A stretch of DNA of 64,000 bases from Strigamia acuminata (taxonomy: Eukaryota), in the NCBI GenBank assembly GCA_949358305.1, contig OX442314.1:23374001-23438000 (forward strand), read 5' to 3'. Each line of letters opens with the position of its first letter. The first letter of the stretch is position 1. This document shows, in pieces, positions 39,401-51,400 of this stretch. The translations under genes and the position numbers were made by a program. The notes below the pieces were generated by a model. The model was not told the DNA's origin, did no database searches, and saw only the letters and a program-made list of their open reading frames with translations.

Positions 39401-42400
39401 ATATGGGGAAATCGACAACTTCCGGCTACAGCTTGGACGTGCGCATCGAATCGATGAATTAAAGCGTGTTTGCTGTAAACGCAGTTAAAATTAACACCAA
39501 AACACACAAAAAAAATCAATAAATCCCAATTTTTCATTTCATTTCATTTCTGTCGATTTGATTTGATCGATCACGCAAAAAAATCCAAAAACATCAACCT
39601 TTCCATATTCTTATTGCCAATTTTCACCAATCCTCCATTTTATTCAGCAATTCCTTTCGAATCAAAGCCCCATCAGAAAAATAAAAATGAAAATTAAACT
39701 TTGATCTTTCACTGACCAAGGGTTAGTGGTCTGAGAGAGCCAACAGCTGTGACATGATTTCTGCGTTAAGATGCTTTCACGAGACGTGAAAAGACGAGTT
39801 TCAAAAAAGAAGAAAAAAAAAAAGAAAAAAAAAAAGCCCAATGCGCGTGCGCAGCAGTAGTGAGTGTGCGTGCGTGGGTGCCCATTTTTCACGCGGATCG
39901 CAATTACCTGACTTCATGGCTCGAGTCCCCCCGAGCAATTCGCCCTTTCGCTCTCTCAGGGCGATCTTGTCTGGTGACCCCTGGTTGGCGGACCCTTCCT
40001 TGCCTTTCCTTTCCTTTCTCCCCTCCCTCCTCCCTGTCACAGTCGATTGCCGGCCATCTGCGACACCTAACCCGCGTTCATCCCCGAGAAAACTTTATAA
40101 GGCGCTCATGAATCAAACTTGGAAGGGAGGATGGTTGTCATGGCAACGCGAGAGACCTCCAGTCTGATTTGCCGATAAACGACAGAGGAAACGGGTCGTA
40201 AGAGACGCCGGCACGGACGCGTCCCAATCCAGTAGGAAAAACGACCATTTCTCATGACGAAATCTCAGACAGGTGGGATGACGACACGCCCACCATGATA
40301 TCTCTATCCGTACCAACTGATACCGCGCCGACAAACAAAACAAATATTAAACGGCTCGTTGAGCACAACATCAAACTTGTATTGAAAGCAATGCAGTGCA
40401 GCACACCCCAATGGTCACTTTAACGTGCAAATAATCAGTTTTGGTCCCCTGAATATCTCCAATTAAGATTTATTCAACGCAATTCGTTTTCCACGTGAAA
40501 TTTCAATACACCTATCTAATTAAACACACCTCAGGTGAGTTTTAGCTGAATTTACCGCGCTTTTGAGTTATTAATTTCATTACAAATCTCCATCACACGA
40601 CACAATAAATCCAACTTCAAAAATGGCAGCCGGTTTAGTCGCAGTGGGCATGCGCACCACATTTAAACAGCAAAACATTTTCAACTTTTAAACATCGCAT
40701 CGTCTCTATTCCTCTGTGTGCGACTGTGGCCCGCAAGAAAATATGCAGCGTCCAGCAATTCGCAGCAGTAACTCGGGCACTTTATTCTTTGCGGGTTACT
40801 GTATAATTTTACGCAGCCAAAAGCCATGAGATCGACTCGGCAGCCATCTTATCCCCAATTTAAACGCATAACGCGAGCCATTTAATTTCCTTAAAAACAA
40901 GATTAAATTAAATTTCAAAAACTCAATTCCCCTCCCCTCCTCCTTAATACACCCATTTCATTTCTTATTGGTCTAATCCACCTGCTTTCACCAATCAGAC
41001 GCCATTTTGACCATGAAAAGGTCACGGGGACACAACATTTTTGCTCCCTTCCCTTCCCCACACCCATTCTCATCATCCACAGCGCAAAAATAAGGGAAAA
41101 TTCAAAAGTGGCGTGCGACATCTGGTGGCCGTCGACTACCCGTACTCAACATGGAAATTTTTGCTCGTAATGCACAATAATGTCAGAGGCTATTGCAATA
41201 TGGCCGCCATTAAAGAGGACTACGCAGCCATTCTTAATTAGACCTATTTACAAACAAGCCTAAATCTGCGCGCTAAAGTTCCACGAAAACCCATCAAATA
41301 AATACAAGCGCATTTTTTCTTTATGCGCAATATTCACAACGTGTAAAAAAAACGGAGCTAAATGTTCGACATTAATGCCATCTGTTTTTGTGCGGGTTGA
41401 AAGGGTTGAAAGGCTCGTTCTTTTCTTTCTGTCAGCTTGTGGAGATGTTGCCAGGTGTGTGGAGGTGGGTCGGCGTCGGACGCGTGCGCCGGGCGTTTAA
41501 TCACTCGGGGGTTTGTTTGCCAAACCCTCAGGACACGTCGTTCTAGGGTTCTACCGATGCCAGGTGAGATGGAGGGTATGAGAACACGCGCACTCCTCGG
41601 AGCTGACAAGTCAATTAGTGTGCCTGATGCATGCAGGTAAACAAAAACGAACCAAAGTACACAAAAAAGTGGCTGCTCAGCTGTGTCTTCCAAATTAAAC
41701 CTCAATGTCAAAGGATTAATTTTTTCGCGGATATCAAATTCAACGAGGGTGTCAACAAAAAATGGAACGTCACTGAAAGCCCTAATTGCTTCGGTTTACC
41801 TTTCTCTTATCAAGGATATTAAACCGATAAGAGGGCATGGATGTAATATACTGCCGTCGGTGGATGCAGGCCTCGCATAAAAAATATATATCATATATAT
41901 ATATATATATATATTTTTTAAAAAATAAATTGTATAAATTCGTATACATGTATGTATTTATTTGTAACGGCGACCCATCTATGGACAAAGGGCCGTATAT
42001 TCGTATACAGTCAAAACTCTTTATAACGAATCGCGATGTAACGAATTTTTATCGATATAACGAATATCTAAAAATGGCTGGTTTGGTTGGCTGGCCATAG
42101 AACACCATGTTAAAAAATTTCGATATAACGAATCGATTTTCACTTGTACGTATTTTTAAAATCAGTCTAAATGCAAAATTTTACATGTTAAATATTAATT
42201 TAAATCTTTTTTATTTAATTACTCAATTTCTTCTCGATGGCCTTAACAACTTCCTCAACGACCCTGATTAGCATTAAAAATGCTAACTTTGAACGGTTTG
42301 AAATGTCTAAATTTAAAAATAGAAAAATGTAAAAAAAAATTAATCAATTCACTTAAAATCGCCTTTATACATTTTTCACCTTTATGTAAAAAAAGGAAGA

Positions 42401-45400
42401 AAAAAAATCAGGAAAAAAAAAAGGTTTCACTTTATTAATACACTGCAAACAGGACGTCAAATTATGTCTATTCCGTAAATATAACAATGTCTTGGAGCCC
42501 CTTTTGATGATTAATGGCAAATAATGGCGGCCGGATTGCTCTGCCTCTGTCTGTCTGCTCCAATATTGAAGTGATTTGTAATGGCACACAGATGTCAATG
42601 ATGGGGTGGGCGAGAGGGTGGTGGAAGGGAGTCCCCCATCTGGATTATATAAAAACAGAAAGAGAGGGACGGCCATAGCTAAAAGAGAGAGCGAAGGGGA
42701 CAAAAATGTCACTTTTTCCAATATTCCCCTCCCCCCCTTATACCCCTGATCCGAGAAAAAAAGTGTCCACGCAGTGGTCAGTTTCACCTCTGACCTCAAC
42801 TCAGTGCCCAATGTCCATTACAGTGGAGAATGGATAACCTCGCTTAAAAGCAGAAGCCGACTCGTTTCCCGAGATCGGCCACCAGCTGTCGCTTCTTGGT
42901 CTGCCCTCTACTGAGACCCTCTCAAAACTTCCCCCTGCAGATAAAGCCTTTAAAATTTCTTTTTTTAAAAAGGACTTTTGGCAAGTTTTGTTCAGTTAAA
43001 TTTATTGCCGTCTTTGCTAAAACGGTGCCCCTAACGACAGGGGCCCCAAGCACGGGTCGGGCCCCCAAAAATGTAAAAAAAAAAGATTTTTCTACAAAAA
43101 AAATTTTTTTGGAAACAAATTTTTCAAATAGGGCCCTAAAACGGGCCCCATAAATCAACCCCTGCTCGCAAGAGATAGAAAAGTGTGGTATTTGACCTCC
43201 AACTATCATTCTTGGCAAATGCTTTCGCATTAGTTCATCTCAATGGCAACAGAATTTCACCTTTAGCTCGGCAATCCGAACGCGCCCGTTTATCAATGCA
43301 CCAAACTAAATTATTTAGTCGCACGTGCCAGCAACTATCATCAACAAAATCACGACTTTCACAGTTTCTCTCCTTCCTCCAGGAATCATGACGTAATAAA
43401 CACTTGTTTATTCATTTTTCCACTTAAATGTTCACCGTTTAATAAATAACAAGAAACATAAGCTTATCTAAAAGGTTTATTTCATTTCCGACTTATTTCC
43501 ACCACTTTCGACCCCTCCCCTCATCCTTCCCCGGCCGCAAGGTCCTCGAGTTTTACGCTGAATTTCATCTGTAATCCTGTCGTGTATTGAGTAAATGATC
43601 CATACCGGATATCAGTCATTGAGGAAATGTTCGCGCATGCGCAATCAATCGGATTTGCCTCTCCCCTACGCCGTGGGGAAAAAAATCCAGCTTAGCACCG
43701 ACCCAATACACGCATCAAAACCGTTGTACAAGTTATTGAAAAATATAAAAATGCACAAATTGCTCCTAGTTGAAACATCTGCCCGTGACAAGTATTTTTT
43801 TTTTAGGGTGAAAGAACTTTATCAATTGACCACCTATCGATTATTACCAATTATTCTATAGTAAAAAGGACTCGCCAAGTCCCCATTCCACCTCCGTGTT
43901 GCCTCCTAGTGAGTTGCCAGTCTTGCGCTGACCATTCCCCAAGACCCACAACTGTGACTCTTTCAATGCACTTACACGTTCTTTCGTTCCGTTTTCAAAG
44001 GTTGTTCTTTCCACCTGGCCAATAATTTCTTGTCACTTACTCAGGATGCAGGTTACACACCAACTAAAAGAATTCCATTCAGTGAAAAACTCCAAGGAAT
44101 GTTGAAAACTGGAGATAAAAACGTGTAAAAAATGTCCAAATGGACAAAGGGCCATCAATTATGGACAGTGGCAATCGGGGGGGCAGCGCGTGCGGTTGAC
44201 AAGAGCCCAAAAGCCCAGGAAGCCCACGGAGAATGGAAAAAAATAGAGACTAAATACAATTTCGATGCGTATCACTTTAAAAGTTTAAATGATGAAATAC
44301 AATACGCGACTTTACGCCTTTCGACCATCACATCTCTCGCCAAGTACTGAAAATCTGCTAAAGGGCCCATCGACCCAACTTGCACACAGGCCCATTGACT
44401 TTTTCTATTTTAATTTTACATAACGAGCAATGGGTTTGGCGGCTGAGCGAATTTCCACTTTTTCTTCTCCTTTGTTAAATTCCTATTTCCGCTATTGACA
44501 TTTTCAATAACATTTTTATGTAGAAAATGCGAGCACAAGTCCCCAACTGACGCAGGTGGAACCTTCCTTCCTTTTTATTTATTTCCAACTTACAAATAAC
44601 AGCACAAAAAGCTTTCAAGTTCCTTCGCACGTTGACTTTTACAAAGTCCTCTTCGATATTGACCTCCGCCCATCCTGTCTGAAAGGGAGGCAACTTCCGT
44701 TCTATGTTCCCCCATTTCCCTTGTACCTGAAGTTGAATGTCCTCTCCTCAATCCTCCGTGGACGCGGAAAGATCACAGGGTGACTACCCTTAAGGCGCCC
44801 CGTCGAATAAAACCAACATGAAATGCTAACTGATGATAAAAAATATCAAGAATTTAACATCGTTTCCTCTCCACAAAAAATAAAAAAAATAAAAAAAACT
44901 ATCGCACTTTCTCACAACTCCAACTCCATTTTATGGATGTCGAACTTTTGACTTAACTTTACAGCAATAAAAGTCATCTTAAACTTTATTGGTATTAGTT
45001 TAAGGGGTCAAAAATCGCTCGAAATGCAGTCTCCACCAACCAAAGGTATTAAATATGGATGAAGGGGGTTTTGCAATTGCTAAGGGATGGACGTGCTCGA
45101 GATGGAAACTCGTAGATTGAGAGCTCGAGCGGGGATCAAGGGTGGATTAAGGGAGATATTGATGAAACCTGGGATAAATGGGATGAGATATTATAAGATA
45201 CGGTGAAAATAATTTCGCTCGTGAAAGGTCAGCCATTTGTTTCGCAATATTTACTCGAGGTCAGTTTTGTTACATTGAATTTCTAAACACTTATATCTGT
45301 CTATTGAAGCAACATCAACATTATGCAGCATTATATGTGTGTGTGTGTATATATATATAAATAAACAAACTATGCAATTCCCCACAGTGCCAGTTGTCCT

Positions 45401-48400
45401 ATTAAGAGACCTTTGCACACAAATTTTCGTTTCGGTTTCACGCCACACCTTAAAATGTTGCAATTTGAAATTTAATCTCGCGTTTGATCTGACAAGAAAT
45501 GCACGCTTAGTCACGTTCGAGGAGCCATTTAGATTCTTATTCTGTGACCAGCTTCACACTAATCAGCATCAAATTGCAAAAACTTTAAAAATTAACTAAT
45601 ATTATTAAAGAAAAAGTTTAACACGCATTTCGCAGGCTCAAGTGCATTCACCCATTATCTCATTTGCAACAATAGCAAAAAAAAAAAAAAAAAAAAAAAA
45701 AAATTGCAAAACCTTTTAGATTTTTTTTTGTTCTTTTCTAGGGAAAAAAGGGGCAAAAAAAAAATCTAACTGCTAGGCTACCCTAGTTATTATATTTCCC
45801 AAACTCCTTCACATTTTATGACTTTTTGGTGAAATATCAAAAAACGTGCTTGTGATTAAGACAAGAAAAGGAGTGTGGAGGGGAAGATGGGGGGGCTGGT
45901 TCCGTGAAACTAATGAGGTAGACGCCTCCACCCACCTCCTCACTTACCCCTTTCATTTGCATACGGCAAGTCATGTCGCGTGCTCAGTGATGTGGACACA
46001 GCGTCCCTTTCTCCCCCACTCCTCGCGACTCAATTAGGTTTGATTAAAAATGAGCAACCTAAAATTGAAAAAAGAAAAAAAAAATAACACACACACACAC
46101 ATACACAAACCCCTCTCATTGCCATTTTCTTGCGAAACCATAAGTCAAGAGCTCTCGAAAAACTTTACACGCGAAAAAAAAAATTGTTGCAGTAAACACG
46201 ACATTTAAATTGATATTAATCAAAAGAAGGCTTATTTTTTCCTTTAAATCCAAAATGCCACTTTAAAAAAAACCATTAAAAACACGTCTAATTATTCTAA
46301 ATTAAATTTACAAGCGTGGAGATTCTAATGATAAATAAATAAACTGAATTTTCATTTTTATTTCCATCAAAAAAATCTAAACCGAAAACCCATCCAGCCG
46401 TTGCGTATTTGTTTACTCTTTTCAATTCCATTCATCAAATTTGTATTGTTAACAAACTTCCTAGCAATTAATTAATACAAAAAAAGTCACACACAAAAAA
46501 AAAAAAATTAATAAACAATATTTAAAAAAAAAATGAAAACAATAACCAAAAGGCAAAGCATTGTATCAATTTAGCTTCCATCTGCCATTTAAACGGCAAG
46601 CACTATGGCAGTCTTTTGTTGGCGACTGGGAGATAAAACTCATAACCCAAATCGCTCACAGGTCCCATAGAAGAGAGGGTGAAAATATGTACGATGAGAG
46701 GCTGAGGGGGTTGTTCTAAAAACCGCAATTTGTCTTCCATTCATTGGCTACTGAGTCTCAGACTTGGCGATCTTTTGTCTCCCTTCCACAACCCCATACC
46801 CCTCGCTTCTTCCCTGCGCTCGCCTTAACCCCAACTGAAAGAATAGGAATAATAGGGAGAGAGAGAGAGAGAGGGAGTAGGAGGTGGAATATCTGTCCCT
46901 GCATTTCTGGTTTACACCTCCTTCATAATGTGCTTTGGCTTCCGACAATAATGAGTTAGATTCGTCTTGCCAACTGTTTCGCATCCCCCCTACGTCACAA
47001 ATCATAGCCTGGGCTTCTGATTGAGATGTAGGCCTAACCATCCCTCCCCCTGTCTTGTTTAGGGACCTTCATTCATTTAGATTTCAAAGGCCAGCTGCTC
47101 ACAGCCCAGTTTTGTATCAGCTCCCTGTCCTGTTACTGGTATAGGCGGGGACCTGTGGCTTGGTTCTTATTGTACTCGACTGACTTCATTTGCACTTGCA
47201 CAGCATTAACACAAACCCATTTGCTGCAAATTATGTATCCATTTGTCAGATTCTTGCATAGACATCTTTGTTTGAGTATTAATTATGCCATACACTAACA
47301 CGACGCTTGTCGATACGTTTAACCATTTAATTTTACTGCTAAAAAATTCCACCTTTATGTAAATAACAGCTCCCCCTTTCGGCAGCGTCAAATACGCGAT
47401 TCCTGCTGTAAAAATGAAAACGACAAATCCGTTTTAAGCTGATTTAAATCGCTAAATGAGTGTGCCCTATGTGCAACAACATGAAAACTAAACCTGTATT
47501 GATAAAAATATCTAGACGCAGTCCAAAAAGTCTGTGGAATGACGAAAAATTTGAAAAAAATTTAACTTCCAATACTTTGATTAAATTTTCCTTTTAGGAT
47601 TATTAAATATACCACTCAAGTAATGTCTGATTAAATTTTCAGACTGATTGAATAATATTTATTTAAAATATCAACAATAAATGAAAAAAGAGGTGTCCAT
47701 TCATTTTATATAAACTCATTTCAAAAGGGTACAACATCGGCTTGTGGAGGCCCGTACAATTAGAATTAAACATCCATTTTTTAACATCATTTTTTAGTTT
47801 CATATACATGTTTCACATAATGTGACAGCAGCAGGTTATCTATAAAGAGTCGAGCTTTAAAAAATGCGTGTCATGGAACAGCAATTTTGTCAGGACGAAT
47901 TACCCTTTTTAATAATAAAAAAAAGAGGTCTGGAAACACTGTCATAATCACACTAAAAATAATACCTCCCAGGAAAAGATTAGGGCAAAGAGTTGCTCCG
48001 TAATTGGTGTGTGGGTGCGCATAATACTCCAACACACTTCTACTTCTAAAAAGGCCACAATCAATGCGCCATTTGGACATTAGCGCAATGATAAATTGCA
48101 AACTCCTTTTCCTTTGTATAATATTTCTACTTGTCTTGGGTTTAAGGGCTGTTTGCATGTTTCAATATCCTCCGCAATAATGAATTGCACGTGAAGTTTT
48201 TCTTGAATAAAAATGGGAAAGGAAGGTTTCGAAATTACTGCCTTCTTCTGCATCCCCGATTGCTTTATTCAAACTGCGGTTTCAAGCAAAAGATTTGCTC
48301 TTTCATATACACACACAAGGCTGGCAAATGCAATGCAATATTTTGCCGCATTCTAAGTAATTGCCTTTTGCTGTTATGTTTTCTCTCTTGCATCTTGCTG

Positions 48401-51400
48401 ACTCCATTAGGTGCACGCGTCTGCACCGCCCCCCTGCGGACTCAGCCATCACAATACGAATTAGGCTGATTCTTTCCCCAAACCTTCCTCCCACCTCCCA
48501 TTCCCCTGCTAAAGCATCTGCGCAATTTACTTTTGTCTACAAACTTATTGCGCGCGCGCACTTTGCCAAAACCCTAACGTCAAATTTGTGTATTCTTATC
48601 CCCATCATACAAATTATATAAAAATTCTAAACTAAATATAAAATAAAATATAACAGCATTATAAACAGCAATTTTCTTGATGTTTTGAATTTCGCTGCAG
48701 TTATAAATATCTCTGGGCGCTGGTCTATATTTTATTATATTTATTATATCTGTCATTCTGTTTGGGAAAAGGGCGTGGTTTACTATCTATTCAGTATCCA
48801 CCTTGCCGCATCGCTCTCTCTCTAGCAGCGACTCCTCCTAATTATTGATTTGCCCATACCAATCCGAAAGTGATATAGTGAACAACAAAAATAAATCAAC
48901 CTTTCTGTGTGTAGACTGTTGACCCGCTAAGGTCCATTAGACTAGAGAAAAATCTCTTTCCTTTCATCTTGTAGATGGATTCGTGCGATATATCTCGCGT
49001 GTATGGAGATGTCAATCTTGTCTGAGATGATTTGTCACCATCTATCAGCGCCCGACACCGACGAATAGCGTTCCCTTCTTCTCTGTTATTGGGTGTGGCA
49101 GAATCCAATGGGAGATTCACAAGTGCGATCGAGTCACTCCAATATCATTTTCGTGTCTGCTAAATAAGGAATCAACTTTGTGCTGAGTGTTCACTTCCTG
49201 TTGGTGAGCGGAACAAGAAATCGATTATCCGCACTGACCAATCAGCAAGCCCACGTGTGCATCTGCACACCTTGCATATTGAAAATCCATACCTGTGTAC
49301 ACTTTCTCATCCCACACCTACAAAAAACACCTGACTTTGCACTTTCACTTCTTTAATTCATTTAGTTTTGTTTGACGCGATCAAATTGTCAAAAATACGA
49401 GACGCCGGATCTGATAACGCGGTTTCCACGTCCAAATTTGACGCAGGGAACGCACACAGCTGCTTAATTATGAATTTACCAAACAAAAGTGATTAAAACT
49501 CGAGCTTAACCATAATGATTTACACCACGCTTTCCACTGGCCACGACAGATGGCGTTAGCCACTGATCGCGCCATAAATTACACCGGAAGTGCGCGTATT
49601 TACACCCATCGCCATGGAGACACCACCGACGATCGGCTTCGCGTGATTTATATCTCGAAAAGCAAACCGATGACGTTTATTAACTTCTAAATTAAAAAGC
49701 GCATGCAACTATCCGCTTATCCAGAATCAATCCCGATTGCGCATTTCGGTCCAAATAAACCACGGCGGAGTTTCTCAAATTTTTATTAAAACAACTTTAG
49801 CTTTATATAAACCTCAGGGAGACCTTCGGGAAAAAAAAAATATAGCAAAGATCGAATCGTCTGAAGACTGGATGGATGGATGCTCAGAGCGGGGTGATGC
49901 ATGCAAAGTGCGTTTCCGTGCTCACCAGCAGAGGGCAGCGCACAAGACCCCATCACATGGCCACGCACGGCTGACCAAGGAAAGCAGAGCCCTCACACAG
50001 AGACTCTCTACTCCCGCCACACCCATTAACCCCTCCTTGGCACCCCATCTCATCACGTGACACACTCGCCCGCATTCAGCTCGCCATTCATCGTGTCCTA
50101 TGATCGGCATTTATGGCAGATTCGCATTAACATAGGTGGCAGACGCCATTAACGCTGGCTCGGGGGGCATCTATTCACATTGTTAATTAACCCCATTAGT
50201 GACACCCTTTGTCCTCGTCTCGGATTTAAGAGGTTCGAATCGTGACTTCACCCAAAAGATGATCTATCATTAATCACTAAAGGAACCTTTTTTCTTCTCT
50301 TTCCACCCCGCGCCGTTTTTCACGCTTTTTTATTGCTCAATTTCAGTTTTATATCGATCGACTAAAATACTATATAAACAACAATAAAACTCCTAAATAT
50401 TATAACAAATTTACTTTAATAGTAGATATAAACTACAACGTCATCGATTTTTCAATTACGACGCCATTTTTTTTTTCTATTTTTTTTTTTTTTTAAAGAA
50501 AAAAAAAGAAATAAAAGATGTCATTTTGATCTCCTCGAAGATAAAAACAAACGAAAAAGTGTGATCACTGTTTCACTTCCGGTTTAACGTGAACCATAAC
50601 TTTTCAGTGCATTTTTTTCTCTCTCCTCACAACACCTCGCGCAACACTTCATCTTACATTCACTTGACATTTTTTGTTATCTAAAAGTACATATTTCATA
50701 CGAGATTGCCGACTGTACGCTTCCGTACATCCTGCACCCCATTTCCGAAAACGGACACTAGAGTCCGCGTTCAGACAGATGATAACAACCGTCACACACA
50801 GCAATCAATAAATGTTGTTAACGAATTATGGCATTGTTGCCATAGTTCCCAGCAAATAAAGAGGTGGGGTTCCTCCTTCGCATCCACCAATGATGAGCTA
50901 AATCATGCTTTCACATTCAGCCAATAGCTTCAACAGACGCTATTTACAAAATCCTTCACCATATGGCGCCACCTTCGCATTTAAAAAAGAAAAAAGAAAG
51001 GAAAAAAAAGAAGCACCGCCTGAAACTTCCCTGCAAAGCCTTTGCGCATTTCATTAAAATTCCCCTTTTTCCTCCGCACAAACGGGAGCCGTTTTGACTT
51101 TTGTGCGCAAATACATATGGGGGCAGTTACACCCTTAATTTAATTTCAAATAATGTCATGTTTATCCCCCACACATCCCTGAGGGCTTTTAAGGGGGTCT
51201 TGAGCAAGGGGGTTCGATTACAACATAAAGGGCAACTGAGTTTCGGATTTTGATTGAGGTTAATCTCGTAAAGGTCAATTAATTTACAACTTCTAATTGC
51301 CTCGTATCTTTCCAACATTGAGATGACCTCTGGCGACAAGTTTCCAAACCCTCGTTACTAAATTTCTAGTTGAATTGGATAAAATAAACAAAAAATAAAT

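Noticed and set aside
16269..44400. Further hAT-like MITE remnants near 16269-16380 and 44167-44400
   Set aside because: CAGTGGC starts and GGGCCC motifs are suggestive, but paired TIRs and 8-bp target duplications could not be shown.
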